DNA of 64,000 bases from IMG/VR virus record IMGVR_UViG_3300022926_000002, one strand, 5' to 3'. Positions 47,428 through 58,156 of the stretch are shown here, piece by piece. A model generated the notes under the pieces. It did not search any database, had not been told where the DNA came from, and saw only the letters and a list, made by a program, of their open reading frames with translations. A program made the translations under genes and the position numbers. Positions within the stretch are counted from its first letter, which is position 1. Each line of letters opens with the position of its first letter. This DNA is from an uncultured virus (IMG/VR IMGVR_UViG_3300022926_000002). Its lineage: Duplodnaviria; Heunggongvirae; Uroviricota; Caudoviricetes.

Positions 47428-48945
47428 TTATTCTTCTGCAGGCTCATCAGGGTATTCAGCTTTTTCAGCTTCAATCTGTTCCTTCATATCTTTCATTTCA
47501 TCATCTGACATCTGAAGGACGTTACGGATAACCCATTCTCTTGAATAATAAACACCAACATGGTCTTCAACATCACGTAGTGTTTGCATACGTTCACGGA
47601 TAATTTCTGCTTCTTTTAATTCTTCAAAGTAATTATCATTAATAAAATCGTAACGAATAGCATTTTTGATCTGTGCAAATTCTTCAGGTGTCATAATGCC
47701 TTTAAGGATCATTTGTCTTTCGAGCATAATAGTAAACAATCCAGCAAACCGTGATCTAACACGGCGAATCATTTTAGTAAACTTCAATTCGTCACGAGTA
47801 ATCTCTGTACTTCTACCAAAAGTATTCATTGTTTCAGGCTCAAGACGTGTTAACGGTACACGTAATGATTTAAACAACTTGTTCTTAAAGTATTGCATAT
47901 TTTCATCAGTACTTAGTGCCTGAGATGAACCTCCTGCAAGTGTATCAACTTCTGTTGACCTTTCACCGCCTCTACGAGGGAACCAAAAGTCTTCAGTCAT
48001 TGTCATCATTTTACGGGCATCACTAATTTCACCAGTACTTGAATTATATTGTAACTTATTCTTATGGCGAACCATCATATCACGTAGATATTGTTCAGCC
48101 TTTGATTTCGGCAAGTTACCAACATCAATATAGAAAATACGGCGTTCAGGTGCTCTCGTTAATGTATAGATAACGGTTGCATCTTCCAACATTCTCAACT
48201 GATTGAGTGGTTTAATTGCGGGATGTAGATATGACAAAACAAGGGAATTAGTTTCATTCATAAGACCTGAAGTAACTCGAGCAACCGAGTCCTTAGCAAT
48301 TTTGTAGCCTTGTGTACCTTGAGTTGCTGATGATGATCTATCGGCACCAAATCCATTTTCAGAATACATATAATATTCTGCTTTTACTTTTTTAACTGGG
48401 ATACCGCTATGTGTATCCTTTTGACGTTTATCAACCTCACGAATAAGTTTAAGTTTCCGTGGATCAACATATCTTACCTCAACAATACCTTGCTTAAGGT
48501 CTTCATTATCAATCATCATATGATAATTTAATCTTCCGTCTACATAGAACTTGGAAAATATTTCATATGCGGTATTTTGAAAATCCAATAACGTCAGGAC
48601 ATTTTCAAATTCTTCAGTAACTTTATTCTTAACTTTGTCGGGAAGATCGGTATCATCTAATACGATCTCGACAATTTTATCATCTGATGAGATACTAATT
48701 GCTTCATTAATAACTTCATCAATGCCCTGAGTAATTTCAGGTTGCATTGCCATAACTCTATATTTTGTAACAAGCTCGGATTCTGTTTTGGCATTCCCTT
48801 CCATATCGAGGAATGTACCATAAAAGCCACCCATAGCATTGCCGACGGTAATAGCACCGTCATCATTTTGCGGTTCAGCAAAGGAGACTGGAACATTGTC
48901 CGCCTCCTCTACCTCACGCTTGATTTCAAAACCAAAAATTCTCAT
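47428..48945 (-). CDS. gp20: portal protein
   Basis: YVDGR, NQLRMLEDA, RAPERRIFYIDVGNLPK, EDFWFPRR, ITRDELKF. Confidence 0.97.
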   Translation of the reverse strand: MRIFGFEIKREVEEADNVPVSFAEPQNDDGAITVGNAMGGFYGTFLDMEGNAKTESELVTKYRVMAMQPEITQGIDEVINEAISISSDDKIVEIVLDDTDLPDKVKNKVTEEFENVLTLLDFQNTAYEIFSKFYVDGRLNYHMMIDNEDLKQGIVEVRYVDPRKLKLIREVDKRQKDTHSGIPVKKVKAEYYMYSENGFGADRSSSATQGTQGYKIAKDSVARVTSGLMNETNSLVLSYLHPAIKPLNQLRMLEDATVIYTLTRAPERRIFYIDVGNLPKSKAEQYLRDMMVRHKNKLQYNSSTGEISDARKMMTMTEDFWFPRRGGERSTEVDTLAGGSSQALSTDENMQYFKNKLFKSLRVPLTRLEPETMNTFGRSTEITRDELKFTKMIRRVRSRFAGLFTIMLERQMILKGIMTPEEFAQIKNAIRYDFINDNYFEELKEAEIIRERMQTLRDVEDHVGVYYSREWVIRNVLQMSDDEMKDMKEQIEAEKAEYPDEPAEE

Positions 48946-48968
48946 TTATTTCACCTTGTCATATTATA

Positions 48969-49502
48969 TTAAGTGGTTGGGATACCGGTATTGCCTTCAA
49001 CTCTCCATAAATCATATTGGAAGGTAACACCGAATTCTTCGATGGTATCCTGCTGTTGCCAATCCATTTGAATTCCTTCAATTGCAGTTGGGAACATTCC
49101 TTCAAAAACATATGTTCTGAGAACTGAACCATTTTTACTGAATTGAGTAATCAACCCATTTGACTTGTAATCCTGTGGCAACCCACGGACATTCGAGTCG
49201 TGTGAGTTGATTGAATTTGACCAAGCTTCCATAGCATTACGGATAGCAAAATCTTCATCGTTGATAATTGTGACCGACCAATCTGCGAATACTCTATCAC
49301 CTGCGTACTTTACTTCTCTTCCAAAGTATGGTACAACATACTGACCTACTGTCGATTCTGGAATTCCCGCAGAACGGACCATGAATGGCACTTTAAAGTC
49401 AGCACCCGGAGCGACCGGGTTAGTGATTTGAACTTCGAATAGCGTAGGACGAGCACCACCACCAACTAGCTCCGATTTGAACTGATTGATATTAAATGCC
49501 AT
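48969..49502 (-). CDS. gp19: tail tube protein
   Basis: GGARPTLF, GR.VK.AGDR.F.DW.VT..NDEDF, IEEF.VTF.Y. Confidence 0.95.
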   Translation of the reverse strand: MAFNINQFKSELVGGGARPTLFEVQITNPVAPGADFKVPFMVRSAGIPESTVGQYVVPYFGREVKYAGDRVFADWSVTIINDEDFAIRNAMEAWSNSINSHDSNVRGLPQDYKSNGLITQFSKNGSVLRTYVFEGMFPTAIEGIQMDWQQQDTIEEFGVTFQYDLWRVEGNTGIPTT

Positions 49503-49531
49503 TTTCTATTCTCCTTTTATTAATCTATTTA

Positions 49532-51391
49532 TTAAGTTAGCTGACCAACAATTTCGTCAAACTCAATACCTGTTCTTGTTGCGATAAATGTCAATTCAAT
49601 AACATTAATAGAACGAGCAGGCTTGATAAAGATGCTTGCACGGAATTTGTTTTGATCTACAATTTCAGGAGTGTTCACAGTAGAGTCAGAAATTACTCTA
49701 TAGTCAATAATACCACGTCTTCCTTGAATGTCACGTAGGAACGGATCAACAATATTTTTAAATTGTGTTTGAGTAAACTCGTCGTTTAGCTCGAATAAGA
49801 ACCCTTCCGCCGCGGTAGCAATTGCTTTCTCAACTGCAATAAACAGCCTACGAACATTGATGCGGTCAAATGCCGATGCGAATGTCTGAGATGTTTTATC
49901 ACCGAACAACAATACTCCTTGTCCGATTTGAGACATTACTGGGTTAATTCCTTGACTATATAGCTGATCTCGTTGTGCTTTACTTGGATTAAATGCAAGC
50001 TTAACAACATTCTTAATCAAACCTTTTCTAAATCCTGCAGGTGATTCCCATACTTCAACTCTTGATGCAAGACCTGCCATGTCACCGTTTAATGGTACCC
50101 AGCGATATTGGTCGTTATATTTATCATAGCGATACTTATATCCGCTATCCATAAACATATATGAGTTCAATGGGCTAATTTTATTTTTGTGTGCAATAAT
50201 TTTAGTCATTTTGGCATTTGGTTTATTTTCATCAACTGCGGCTAGTTTTGATGGTGAAACATACATTACGCAATCTTTACGTACGTCAACAATATTTGAC
50301 ATAATGTAGCTTGCGTGTGTACCAGCATCATCACTTTTACCAACAAGGATACTTGAAATATCAATTTCGTTTGTATTTACGAATTTGTCATATGCGCCGC
50401 CAATTGCTGCAAGTGTTGTATTTGCTTCATCAGTTGCATTTGATCCACCGTTCATTGTTTCGTAAACAGTAATGTTTGTATTAGCGGTTCCGATAGTTGC
50501 GGTATTTGCAACATTAATCCAAGATGAATTGTTTTCAATTACAGTATCGTAATATTTTAATGTACCGTCTGCTCTTGTTGCGCCTACTGTAGTTGATAAG
50601 TTTTCAAATGTTTCCAGGATAGTATTTGCTTTTCCTGAAATATTTCCTGAATTATCAATAACTGCAACGTGAATATGAAACGCGTCGGGTGCACCATTGA
50701 ACAAGCTATTATATGCCCACTTAGTTTCCATTGAGATGGTAGGTAGTGCGGTTGCAGCCAATGTGTATGCATTACCAAACCCCATGGTATACGCATAACC
50801 TGTTACTGTATTTGCTTCGATAATTTCTGATTCTGCAACGGAAGCAACACTAAGGTTTTGATAACCTACGCTATCGTTACCTACGGTAAGTATATCACCC
50901 GCAGTTACAGTTGTAATTCTGTCAGCAGGTACAACTTCAAAAATAACGCTTGTGGCGCCAAACTCAATAGTTTGCTGAACTGCTGGGTTTGAAATTTTAT
51001 TTGTTGGAATATCGCCTGCAACAATTTCAACATTACCAAATCCTTCTGAGGAACAATAAGCAACACTCAATGAGTCGCCTAGAACACCCGGATATTTTGC
51101 TGTGAAATTTGTGTTTGCAGCGGTGTTTGAACTGTCGTCGGCACGTACTACCCACAATGCATTTGAATATGCAAGGAAGTCAGCAGCAGTAAACCATGTT
51201 TCGTAGTTTTCATCACCTGGTTTACCAAAACGGTCTGCCAATTGCGTTTCTGCTGAGATTAAGATCGGCTCGTTAATTGGACCCCAATTAAAAATGCCAG
51301 CTATCGCAGCAGGTGGTGTACTGATGGCCGGGACAACCGCCGATGCGTCGATTTCTCGAACGATGACCGAAGGACTTACGGAAAAAGCCAT
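49532..51391 (-). CDS. gp18: tail sheath protein
   Basis: SPSV.VREID, YDKYND.YRWVP.NGD.AG, SPAG, SAFDRINVRRLF, IKPARSIN. Confidence 0.97.
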   Translation of the reverse strand: MAFSVSPSVIVREIDASAVVPAISTPPAAIAGIFNWGPINEPILISAETQLADRFGKPGDENYETWFTAADFLAYSNALWVVRADDSSNTAANTNFTAKYPGVLGDSLSVAYCSSEGFGNVEIVAGDIPTNKISNPAVQQTIEFGATSVIFEVVPADRITTVTAGDILTVGNDSVGYQNLSVASVAESEIIEANTVTGYAYTMGFGNAYTLAATALPTISMETKWAYNSLFNGAPDAFHIHVAVIDNSGNISGKANTILETFENLSTTVGATRADGTLKYYDTVIENNSSWINVANTATIGTANTNITVYETMNGGSNATDEANTTLAAIGGAYDKFVNTNEIDISSILVGKSDDAGTHASYIMSNIVDVRKDCVMYVSPSKLAAVDENKPNAKMTKIIAHKNKISPLNSYMFMDSGYKYRYDKYNDQYRWVPLNGDMAGLASRVEVWESPAGFRKGLIKNVVKLAFNPSKAQRDQLYSQGINPVMSQIGQGVLLFGDKTSQTFASAFDRINVRRLFIAVEKAIATAAEGFLFELNDEFTQTQFKNIVDPFLRDIQGRRGIIDYRVISDSTVNTPEIVDQNKFRASIFIKPARSINVIELTFIATRTGIEFDEIVGQLT

Positions 51392-51441
51392 ATTTTTCTC
51401 CTTTATGTATTAGAAACTTGTTTTTGTTTTATCACTGTTTC

Positions 51442-51449
51442 TATTTATA
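51442..51449 (-). promoter_or_regulatory. T4-type late promoter (gp18)
   Basis: TATAAATA on - strand. Confidence 0.75.
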
Positions 51450-51460
51450 AATGTTCCGAT

Positions 51461-53065
51461 TTACAGCACCAACCCATTATCATCGTCAGCCCAATCTCCG
51501 CCTGTATCAATAAACCCAAATGGAAGCATTTCCTCATCTATTTGTTCTTCGGTTTTTTCTCTAAGCTTTGCTAACGTGTGTATATCAGATAATTCTCTAA
51601 AATAGTCTTGGCTAGTAAACCAAGCAAATATTACCAAGTTCATTACCAGGTCATCGTGTGCACCTGGCTCTGCCTCATATGAATTTCCTTTCCGTGAAAA
51701 CCGAGACAGTTCTTGTATTGTGTCATAATCCCGTAGTAATACTTGATCTTGCTCTACTAAAAGTTTTAGCATTTGGCAACCAGTACCCTTTACGAGTTTT
51801 GTTGTTCTTATTCCATTGTCTAATCTTTTACCACCAAATCCTGACGAGACACGTTTACCTTTGGCGCCTGCGTTTTCGGTGTATAATAAGTTTTCATAAC
51901 CCAGATCCATTAAAAGAACATCACTCACTTGTTCTCCAATGTCATTAATTTCTATTAAAACGCTTGCTTCATTATAAAGATTACCTATTCTATATATAAT
52001 AGATGCAAAATCTACAGGTGTAACAAAGTTATCTCTATACACGCAAACCTGCTCATACGGCATAGTTGTAGCATCAAGTACTGTAAATGTTGAGTAATCT
52101 AATCCTTTACCTCGAGATACGTCAACTGTCATTACATATGAGTGTTCAGCAATTGGTTTTGCATATTGAGAAATACCTTCAGCCTGATGTAAAGGTTGGT
52201 CATATGCTAAGGTTTTAAGTTTTGCACCACTAATAAGTGTACCTGAACTGCCTAGAAACTGGCAACAGTATTCTTGGTTGAACTTTTCTTCATCATAATC
52301 AAGTGCCTCGAGTGTTTCCTGTTTCCATTTCTCATCACGTCCTGGAACATCATCCCACATAACTTCAGTATACTCATAACCGTTTGTACCTTCTTTTGCA
52401 CCTTTACAAGTTTTCCAAAAATGGTTTAACCCATTAGGTGTAGAAGTCATCAGAAGTTTTGTTGACTCGCCAGACGAAATAGTAGGATAAACAGATGCGA
52501 AAAATTCGTCGTATCCTTCAATAAATGCAACCTCATCAAGGTATAGAAAATTAACAGACTTACCACGAATTGCGCTCGAAGACGTAGTACCTGCCACCAC
52601 TTGGCAACCATTTTCAAGTGCAATGTTTCCTTTGTTCCATTCTTCAATTCCTTGTTGAAGCCATTTAGGTAATGCTTCATATGCTAACTTGACTCGAGCC
52701 ATAACTTCCCTTGAAGCATCACCTTTGTTTGCCAAAATAGCAACTGTTTTAAATTCATTAAACAAAATATAGTGTAAAATGATAGCAACCGCAGTTGTTG
52801 TTTTACCTGACTGACGCGCTGTTAATACCGCGACGCGGCGATTATTTGTAATCTTTTCAACAATTTCTTCTTGATAGTTATACATATCAAACGGTACAAG
52901 ACCACGGTCAACATGGACGATTTTAATATATTCCTTTGCGAAATAAATTGGATCATCCGCACATTTGGTGTACTCCTGAATAAGTTCGGCATTCCATTCA
53001 ATACCTTCACCAACACGTTTAAGATGTGAGTTACCTAAGTACCCTTTATCCATCATCTTTGTCAC
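51461..53065 (-). CDS. gp17: terminase large subunit
   Basis: RQSGKTT, LYLDEVAF, STPNG.NHF, DVSRG.G.DYS, HDDLVM. Confidence 0.97.
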   Translation of the reverse strand: MTKMMDKGYLGNSHLKRVGEGIEWNAELIQEYTKCADDPIYFAKEYIKIVHVDRGLVPFDMYNYQEEIVEKITNNRRVAVLTARQSGKTTTAVAIILHYILFNEFKTVAILANKGDASREVMARVKLAYEALPKWLQQGIEEWNKGNIALENGCQVVAGTTSSSAIRGKSVNFLYLDEVAFIEGYDEFFASVYPTISSGESTKLLMTSTPNGLNHFWKTCKGAKEGTNGYEYTEVMWDDVPGRDEKWKQETLEALDYDEEKFNQEYCCQFLGSSGTLISGAKLKTLAYDQPLHQAEGISQYAKPIAEHSYVMTVDVSRGKGLDYSTFTVLDATTMPYEQVCVYRDNFVTPVDFASIIYRIGNLYNEASVLIEINDIGEQVSDVLLMDLGYENLLYTENAGAKGKRVSSGFGGKRLDNGIRTTKLVKGTGCQMLKLLVEQDQVLLRDYDTIQELSRFSRKGNSYEAEPGAHDDLVMNLVIFAWFTSQDYFRELSDIHTLAKLREKTEEQIDEEMLPFGFIDTGGDWADDDNGLVL

Positions 53066-53486
53066 CTTTAAGCATTTTCAATAAATCAGCGGTGGACAAA
53101 ATTAAATTATTATTAGTTACGTTTTGCTGGTCAGGTTTACCGCCATTCTTTTCTTCTTGTGCGTATTTCTTTTTAGTGGAAATATCAACATAATCTTTAT
53201 TGGCATCAAGCAAGGTTTTCATTAATGTTGAAACAACCTCAAATGCCCGTGGTGACTCAGATTGCTTTGCAATTTCAACCATTTCTTTAACAGCATCATC
53301 ACCCATTTCAATTATGTTCTTGACATTCTTTCTTGCCAATTCCATATCAGAAACATTCTCATCATCAGATGCAATAGCAGGAACCGATGGTTCTTCAATT
53401 GGTGCTGGGACAATTTCATTAACTTCATCTTGTATTTCACTCAAAGGTCGAATACCTAATGCCTTTGAAATATGGTCATCATTCAT
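53046..53486 (-). CDS. gp16: terminase small subunit
   Basis: ESPRAFEV, TNNNL..STADL. Confidence 0.9.
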   Translation of the reverse strand: MNDDHISKALGIRPLSEIQDEVNEIVPAPIEEPSVPAIASDDENVSDMELARKNVKNIIEMGDDAVKEMVEIAKQSESPRAFEVVSTLMKTLLDANKDYVDISTKKKYAQEEKNGGKPDQQNVTNNNLILSTADLLKMLKGDKDDG

Positions 53487-54301
53487 TATGTATCTTCCTC
53501 ATCTATAATTGTTATGATTCCCCAATCATCTTCAAAGTCAATTTCGGTATATGGAACCGTTTGGGCAATATCCGTTGTTGCAACATTAGCAGCGGTCATA
53601 CCTGGCTGAAGTGTTACTTTTTCCAATAAAGGACTTGTTATATCAGAGTCCGGGGCAAACTTTGCATCAATAAATTTAATAACTTTCTTAGTTCTTTCAG
53701 GGCCGTAATACCAACCTTTAAGTGTAAAACTCAATGTATATAGAATAGCACGCCGTTCGGTATATTCACCTTCATATAAATCTTCTGTTATAACACTCTG
53801 TAAAACAACAGGAACATCAATAGGTGGCAAATCAGGAATTAGCCTAGCACTTACAGTCCAATCAGGTTGAAAGAATGGTAGAATTTGTTCTAATATTTTT
53901 GTTGCGTCTTCTTGATACTTTGTCATAATATATAATGAAAAGTCAAGGTTATAAGGTGCACCGCTATAAACATAACTTTTTGAGTCGTTAGTATCACCTA
54001 CTGCTTTTGATTTCATAACTCGTTGGGTTGTACCAATTTTGCGCTCACCGTCATAAGACATACTTGTCATTTCAAATGACATTCGTGGTAATGTGATTGC
54101 TGACCTGCGGTTTAAACCAGGATCTTGTTCAACTCTTGATAATATTTTTTGCATTGGTGCATATGAAATAGGAACAATCATAGATTGCTTCGTTACACCT
54201 GCGTTGTCGCTTCTTTCAATTGTTAACTGATTAAACAAGGTACCAAATATTGCTACATATTTTCTTGTAAGACCGTTGTAAAAATGATTTGCTATTGCCA
54301 T
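53486..54301 (-). CDS. gp15: tail sheath stabiliser/terminator
   Basis: FGTLFN, VPISYAP, LPRMSFE, EQILPFFQP. Confidence 0.93.
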   Translation of the reverse strand: MAIANHFYNGLTRKYVAIFGTLFNQLTIERSDNAGVTKQSMIVPISYAPMQKILSRVEQDPGLNRRSAITLPRMSFEMTSMSYDGERKIGTTQRVMKSKAVGDTNDSKSYVYSGAPYNLDFSLYIMTKYQEDATKILEQILPFFQPDWTVSARLIPDLPPIDVPVVLQSVITEDLYEGEYTERRAILYTLSFTLKGWYYGPERTKKVIKFIDAKFAPDSDITSPLLEKVTLQPGMTAANVATTDIAQTVPYTEIDFEDDWGIITIIDEEDT

Positions 54302-54302
54302 G

Positions 54303-54974
54303 TTAATCGCCTATGCTTATGTTTTCACTAAACGGATCAATCTCTGAGAAGTCAAGGATATCGTCACCTTCAGTTTCAAAGAATGTATTCTGTGCAATTG
54401 GATCGGTGTTTGCCAATGCCGTAAGTGTTGTTGGTGTAGTAGGATCAATAGCATCAAAGAACGTATCAATGTTTTCAACACCTGTCTCAAATCTTTCACC
54501 GCTGTATTCCATCAATTCGCATCTAAGGTCATATACCTGTAACGCACCGGTTTGATAAAATACACTTTCGTGCTCGACGTGCATAATTTTGAATATCTTT
54601 TCATTCAATGGGAAGTAAATACAGTCACCTTCAAGCGGCCTTGTCTTTACTGGGTTTTCACGAGTTGCAAATCTTTCAAATGTTCGGAATGCTACTGTGA
54701 ATGTAATTGAGTCTCTGATCTGTAAACCAAATCTTGACAGGAAGTCACCTTCACCTTCAAATCCATCTACGTTTTTAACATACATTTCCATCTGATAGGT
54801 TTCGTTAAAGATTGACAAATCATCTTCGTTGAGTATTTCATCTTTTGCTTGAAATGCCCTTGAGATATAGATAGTGTCAAGACCGTAGATTTGAATTGAT
54901 TCAATAACTAGGTCATCTACGAGATTTTGCTCATATGTGTTATCGTAATTTTGAAAATAAAGATTTGTCGCCAT
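54303..54974 (-). CDS. gp14: neck protein
   Basis: EQNLVDDLVIESI, GFEGEGDFLSRFG, RPLEGD.IYFP, DFSE.DPF. Confidence 0.93.
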   Translation of the reverse strand: MATNLYFQNYDNTYEQNLVDDLVIESIQIYGLDTIYISRAFQAKDEILNEDDLSIFNETYQMEMYVKNVDGFEGEGDFLSRFGLQIRDSITFTVAFRTFERFATRENPVKTRPLEGDCIYFPLNEKIFKIMHVEHESVFYQTGALQVYDLRCELMEYSGERFETGVENIDTFFDAIDPTTPTTLTALANTDPIAQNTFFETEGDDILDFSEIDPFSENISIGD

Positions 54975-54976
54975 GG

Positions 54977-55720
54977 TTACCCAATGAAGTTATAAGTAAG
55001 TGGTTGAAGACTTTGTATAGCATCCTCTTCCATTCTTAACTTATCTTCTCTCGCCTCCGCTAAAATTTGCTCACCGTTAAAAGACACACCGCCAACAAGC
55101 TGCATATTATTAAACTTGGTGAGGTTTAAACCCCATTGTTCTCTTACTAAAACTGCAGCATAATTTTGCAGCCAACGGTCCGACCAAACATCTTCATAAA
55201 AATCTTCATCTACAATGTCATATGCTTCAACGATAATATATGTACCTACAACCCATCTCGATGGATCATTATCAATATAAAGTTTATTAACGTGTTTGTT
55301 ATAGCGGATGAGAGGTTTACCGACAAGGATCTCTTGCATAAATTCAATATGCTGCATAGTCATAAAATAATTCTGTACAGAGTAACTTGTTAGTTCGGTG
55401 ATATTATTTAAAACGAATTGATATTGGACATTAAACATACCAGACCCAGTGGCAATACTTGTATCAAAATCAAATACTTTTGAAATACCGAGTAATTTTT
55501 GCGGCAATTGAATATAACCGTTATCTTTATCAGCTTGTGTAATTTGATGTTTTAGATATATAAGTTGACTGCCGTTGTAATGGTAATCTCTCCAAAATGA
55601 AATTGCTTCATCAACGCGGTCATCTACTTGTTCGTCCGACACGTTAATCTGAATAACTGGCGCGCCAATCTTTCTTAAAATATGTTCTTTAAATTCATCT
55701 CTTGTTGTTGGCTGTGCCAT
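54977..55720 (-). CDS. gp13: neck protein
   Basis: G.PVI.INV..EQ..DR, QWG.NL.KF..MQL.GGV..NG. Confidence 0.93.
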   Translation of the reverse strand: MAQPTTRDEFKEHILRKIGAPVIQINVSDEQVDDRVDEAISFWRDYHYNGSQLIYLKHQITQADKDNGYIQLPQKLLGISKVFDFDTSIATGSGMFNVQYQFVLNNITELTSYSVQNYFMTMQHIEFMQEILVGKPLIRYNKHVNKLYIDNDPSRWVVGTYIIVEAYDIVDEDFYEDVWSDRWLQNYAAVLVREQWGLNLTKFNNMQLVGGVSFNGEQILAEAREDKLRMEEDAIQSLQPLTYNFIG

Positions 55721-55730
55721 GGTTGTCCCC

Positions 55731-56063
55731 TTATGCCAGCTCTGATCTTACAATGATCTTAATGTAGCCAGTGTTTGGAAATGTTTCTGATGTTCCGTTT
55801 GTATAATCAATTTGGAATTCTGCCGAGTGAATACCTGTGTTTGCAGTATCACCTGGTTGCCAATCATATTTGACTATTCCTTTTGATGCATTAACAACTG
55901 CACCGGTTCCGTCTGTGACAATAGATGTTCCACCTTCGGAAGTCATATGAAATTTTATAGCAGATGCATTTGTCATGGATCGTGCTCTTCCAGTTGCGTC
56001 GGTTAAAACGGCCTCAATAGAAGGAGCTGTATCGTTTTGTTTAATGTAAAAACTAGCCGCCAT
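55731..56063 (-). CDS. BppU-like virion structural protein
   Basis: FYIKQNDT.P, G.V.Y.W..GDT, AEF, ETFPN.GY. Confidence 0.65.
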   Translation of the reverse strand: MAASFYIKQNDTAPSIEAVLTDATGRARSMTNASAIKFHMTSEGGTSIVTDGTGAVVNASKGIVKYDWQPGDTANTGIHSAEFQIDYTNGTSETFPNTGYIKIIVRSELA

Positions 56064-56105
56064 TGTACTTTCTCCAAGTCTTTTGTTTTTATTTATTCAA
56101 TGTCT

Positions 56106-56903
56106 TTAGTAGCTTTTTACTAAACGACCTTGTGATGGTCTTACGAGTGTTTCGTTTCTATAATCACGGCTGATAATTTTAACTCCTGTTCTTAAATCAA
56201 TATAGTTATTATCATCAATTCTTACACCGTTTTCACCGCTTTTTGTTGTTCGTAATCCATTCAAACTATTTAATATGTTTAACTCATTCTGTCCATCATT
56301 TCCATTACGAAATGCAAGACCATTTAATCCTGTCCTGCTATATTCTCTTGTTGAATCATTGATTGCAACTGATGAGAGTAAAAATGGTACAACAGTATCA
56401 CCTTCAAATTCTGATACTTGCGCCATTCTTGATGAAAGGCCAATTTCAAATACCTTATCAAAAATACCTTTGACGGGTACTTCACCTGTGCCTGTTGTAG
56501 TAAATGATGTTTTAGGTTTACCCCGGGCCGATACTAATACACCTGTTTGGAAATCCGTTATGAAATCAAGTGTAGTGTTTACAGTACCACGGTTTGGTAC
56601 ATCAACTTCAGTATCTGTTGTAAATGTAACTGTCTGGTCCAATGCACCTTTGATTGGTGCTATTCCTGTTGCATCTAAAATAAATGGTACGAGCACATCA
56701 CCATCAAAGGCGCCTGTTGCTACGGAAGATGATGTTGATACCCCAAATGAGATACCGACATCAGCACTACCAACAATTGGATTAAATGCTGTTGATGAAA
56801 AGGTAAAAGGTAAAGTAAATGCTAGATTACCAGATGCTGGTACTCTTACACCGTATGAAACAACGGAAAAATCTAGTGTATTACTTGAGGTCCCTGTTGC
56901 CAT
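56106..56903 (-). CDS. putative virion structural protein
   Basis: Thr/Gly/Val-rich beta-type sequence in late operon; RBS GGAGGT. Confidence 0.55.
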   Translation of the reverse strand: MATGTSSNTLDFSVVSYGVRVPASGNLAFTLPFTFSSTAFNPIVGSADVGISFGVSTSSSVATGAFDGDVLVPFILDATGIAPIKGALDQTVTFTTDTEVDVPNRGTVNTTLDFITDFQTGVLVSARGKPKTSFTTTGTGEVPVKGIFDKVFEIGLSSRMAQVSEFEGDTVVPFLLSSVAINDSTREYSRTGLNGLAFRNGNDGQNELNILNSLNGLRTTKSGENGVRIDDNNYIDLRTGVKIISRDYRNETLVRPSQGRLVKSY

Positions 56904-56921
56904 GGAACGTCACCTCCAGGC

Positions 56922-57329
56922 TTATGCACCGCCCGCAGTGATTGTGAATGAAGTAATAGAAATTTGCTGTCCAACAGCAATACTTGTGTTATCGAGTTCC
57001 ATATCACCGCCGCCTGAGGTTACTGTGATTGATCCTTGCATATGGCATGATGTGCCACCAGAATTGTGTATTCGGAAATAACCTGCAACACCTGTTGAGT
57101 CAGCAGATAAATCTTGCCATGAACCTAATAGGTTTACAACACCACTCGAAGGTGTACCTAAAAAGTCAGAAGGTAATGTCATGGTTGCAAGAACGGTACC
57201 TGTGTTTGCTGAAGCACAATTAGTAGGTGGTGATCCTGTTGAAATTGTGAGTATTGGACTAACGCCTGTTGTTGTTTCTATTGCGGCAAGTGTCGCATTT
57301 CTAACGTCGTCGGATAATTGAAACGCCAT
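56922..57329 (-). CDS. putative virion structural protein
   Basis: RN..L..I, G..P, GTVLA, G.AGYFRI, QG, I..GQ.I.ITSFTIT. Confidence 0.65.
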   Translation of the reverse strand: MAFQLSDDVRNATLAAIETTTGVSPILTISTGSPPTNCASANTGTVLATMTLPSDFLGTPSSGVVNLLGSWQDLSADSTGVAGYFRIHNSGGTSCHMQGSITVTSGGGDMELDNTSIAVGQQISITSFTITAGGA

Positions 57330-57369
57330 TTCTTTCTCCTTTTAAATAAGAATTGTACTGTGTTCCAAC

Positions 57370-57377
57370 TATTTATA
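57370..57377 (-). promoter_or_regulatory. T4-type late promoter
   Basis: TATAAATA on - strand. Confidence 0.7.
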
Positions 57378-57378
57378 A

Positions 57379-58155
57379 TTAGTTACGCCTTTCAATATCA
57401 TCTTCTGATAATGTATCGCCCATCCATACTTCAATCACCTTTACAGGTGTTTTACCGACGTTTTTAGCCAAATGCCATGTCTTTACAGGAATGTCGATAC
57501 TGTCACCGGTTGAGTAAACCTTAGATGTTTTGTATCCATTTGGAAACTCAAGATTCATTTCAAGTTTACCATCAACAATATGCCAGTGTTCTGAGCGAAC
57601 AAAATGTCTTTGGTCTGATAGTGATTTTTTAACATCAATAGACAACTCCTTAACTTTCCAATGACCATTGTTATCAAGGTTACGATATTTACCCCATAGT
57701 CTTTGTGTTTCAGGCTTATCCCAGTTTTCAAGTAACCAAGATGAACTGTTCTTTTTATCATTACCACCAACACCAAACACAAAACCAATATCGCATTCGT
57801 CTTTGAGTTGACGTGCATATTCTACTTCAGGTGTTGTACCTTTTTGACGATCCCCACCATTAGCAAATATGATTTTAGAGTTTCTAGGAAATGTATCTTT
57901 GATATGTCTAATAGCTTCACAGGCATGATTTTCGCTATCGTCAAATTCAAATACACCGCCGACACATTTAATTTCTTTAACAATAGCAGAGCGTTCAGAC
58001 ATAGGCATAAACGGTCTACCTTTTTTACGAGTTAACCATTCATCAGAATTTAAACCAACCATAAGAATATCACCGAGTTCTTTGGCGGCTTTAAAATATT
58101 CAATATGTCCTGAATGGAGTGGATCAAATCCACCAGTTACTACAACTACTTTCAT
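57379..58155 (-). CDS. cytidylyltransferase fused to ManC-type cupin
   Basis: GGFDPLHSGH, NSDEWL.RKKG, FANGGDR, K.NSSS; C-terminal LS.QRH..RSEHW, IEV..G..L.EDDIER. Confidence 0.82.
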   Translation of the reverse strand: MKVVVVTGGFDPLHSGHIEYFKAAKELGDILMVGLNSDEWLTRKKGRPFMPMSERSAIVKEIKCVGGVFEFDDSENHACEAIRHIKDTFPRNSKIIFANGGDRQKGTTPEVEYARQLKDECDIGFVFGVGGNDKKNSSSWLLENWDKPETQRLWGKYRNLDNNGHWKVKELSIDVKKSLSDQRHFVRSEHWHIVDGKLEMNLEFPNGYKTSKVYSTGDSIDIPVKTWHLAKNVGKTPVKVIEVWMGDTLSEDDIERRN

Positions 58156-58156
58156 A

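Noticed and set aside
56275..57081. 268-aa + strand ORF
   Set aside because: Antisense shadow of two - strand late genes that have RBSs; no recognisable motifs.
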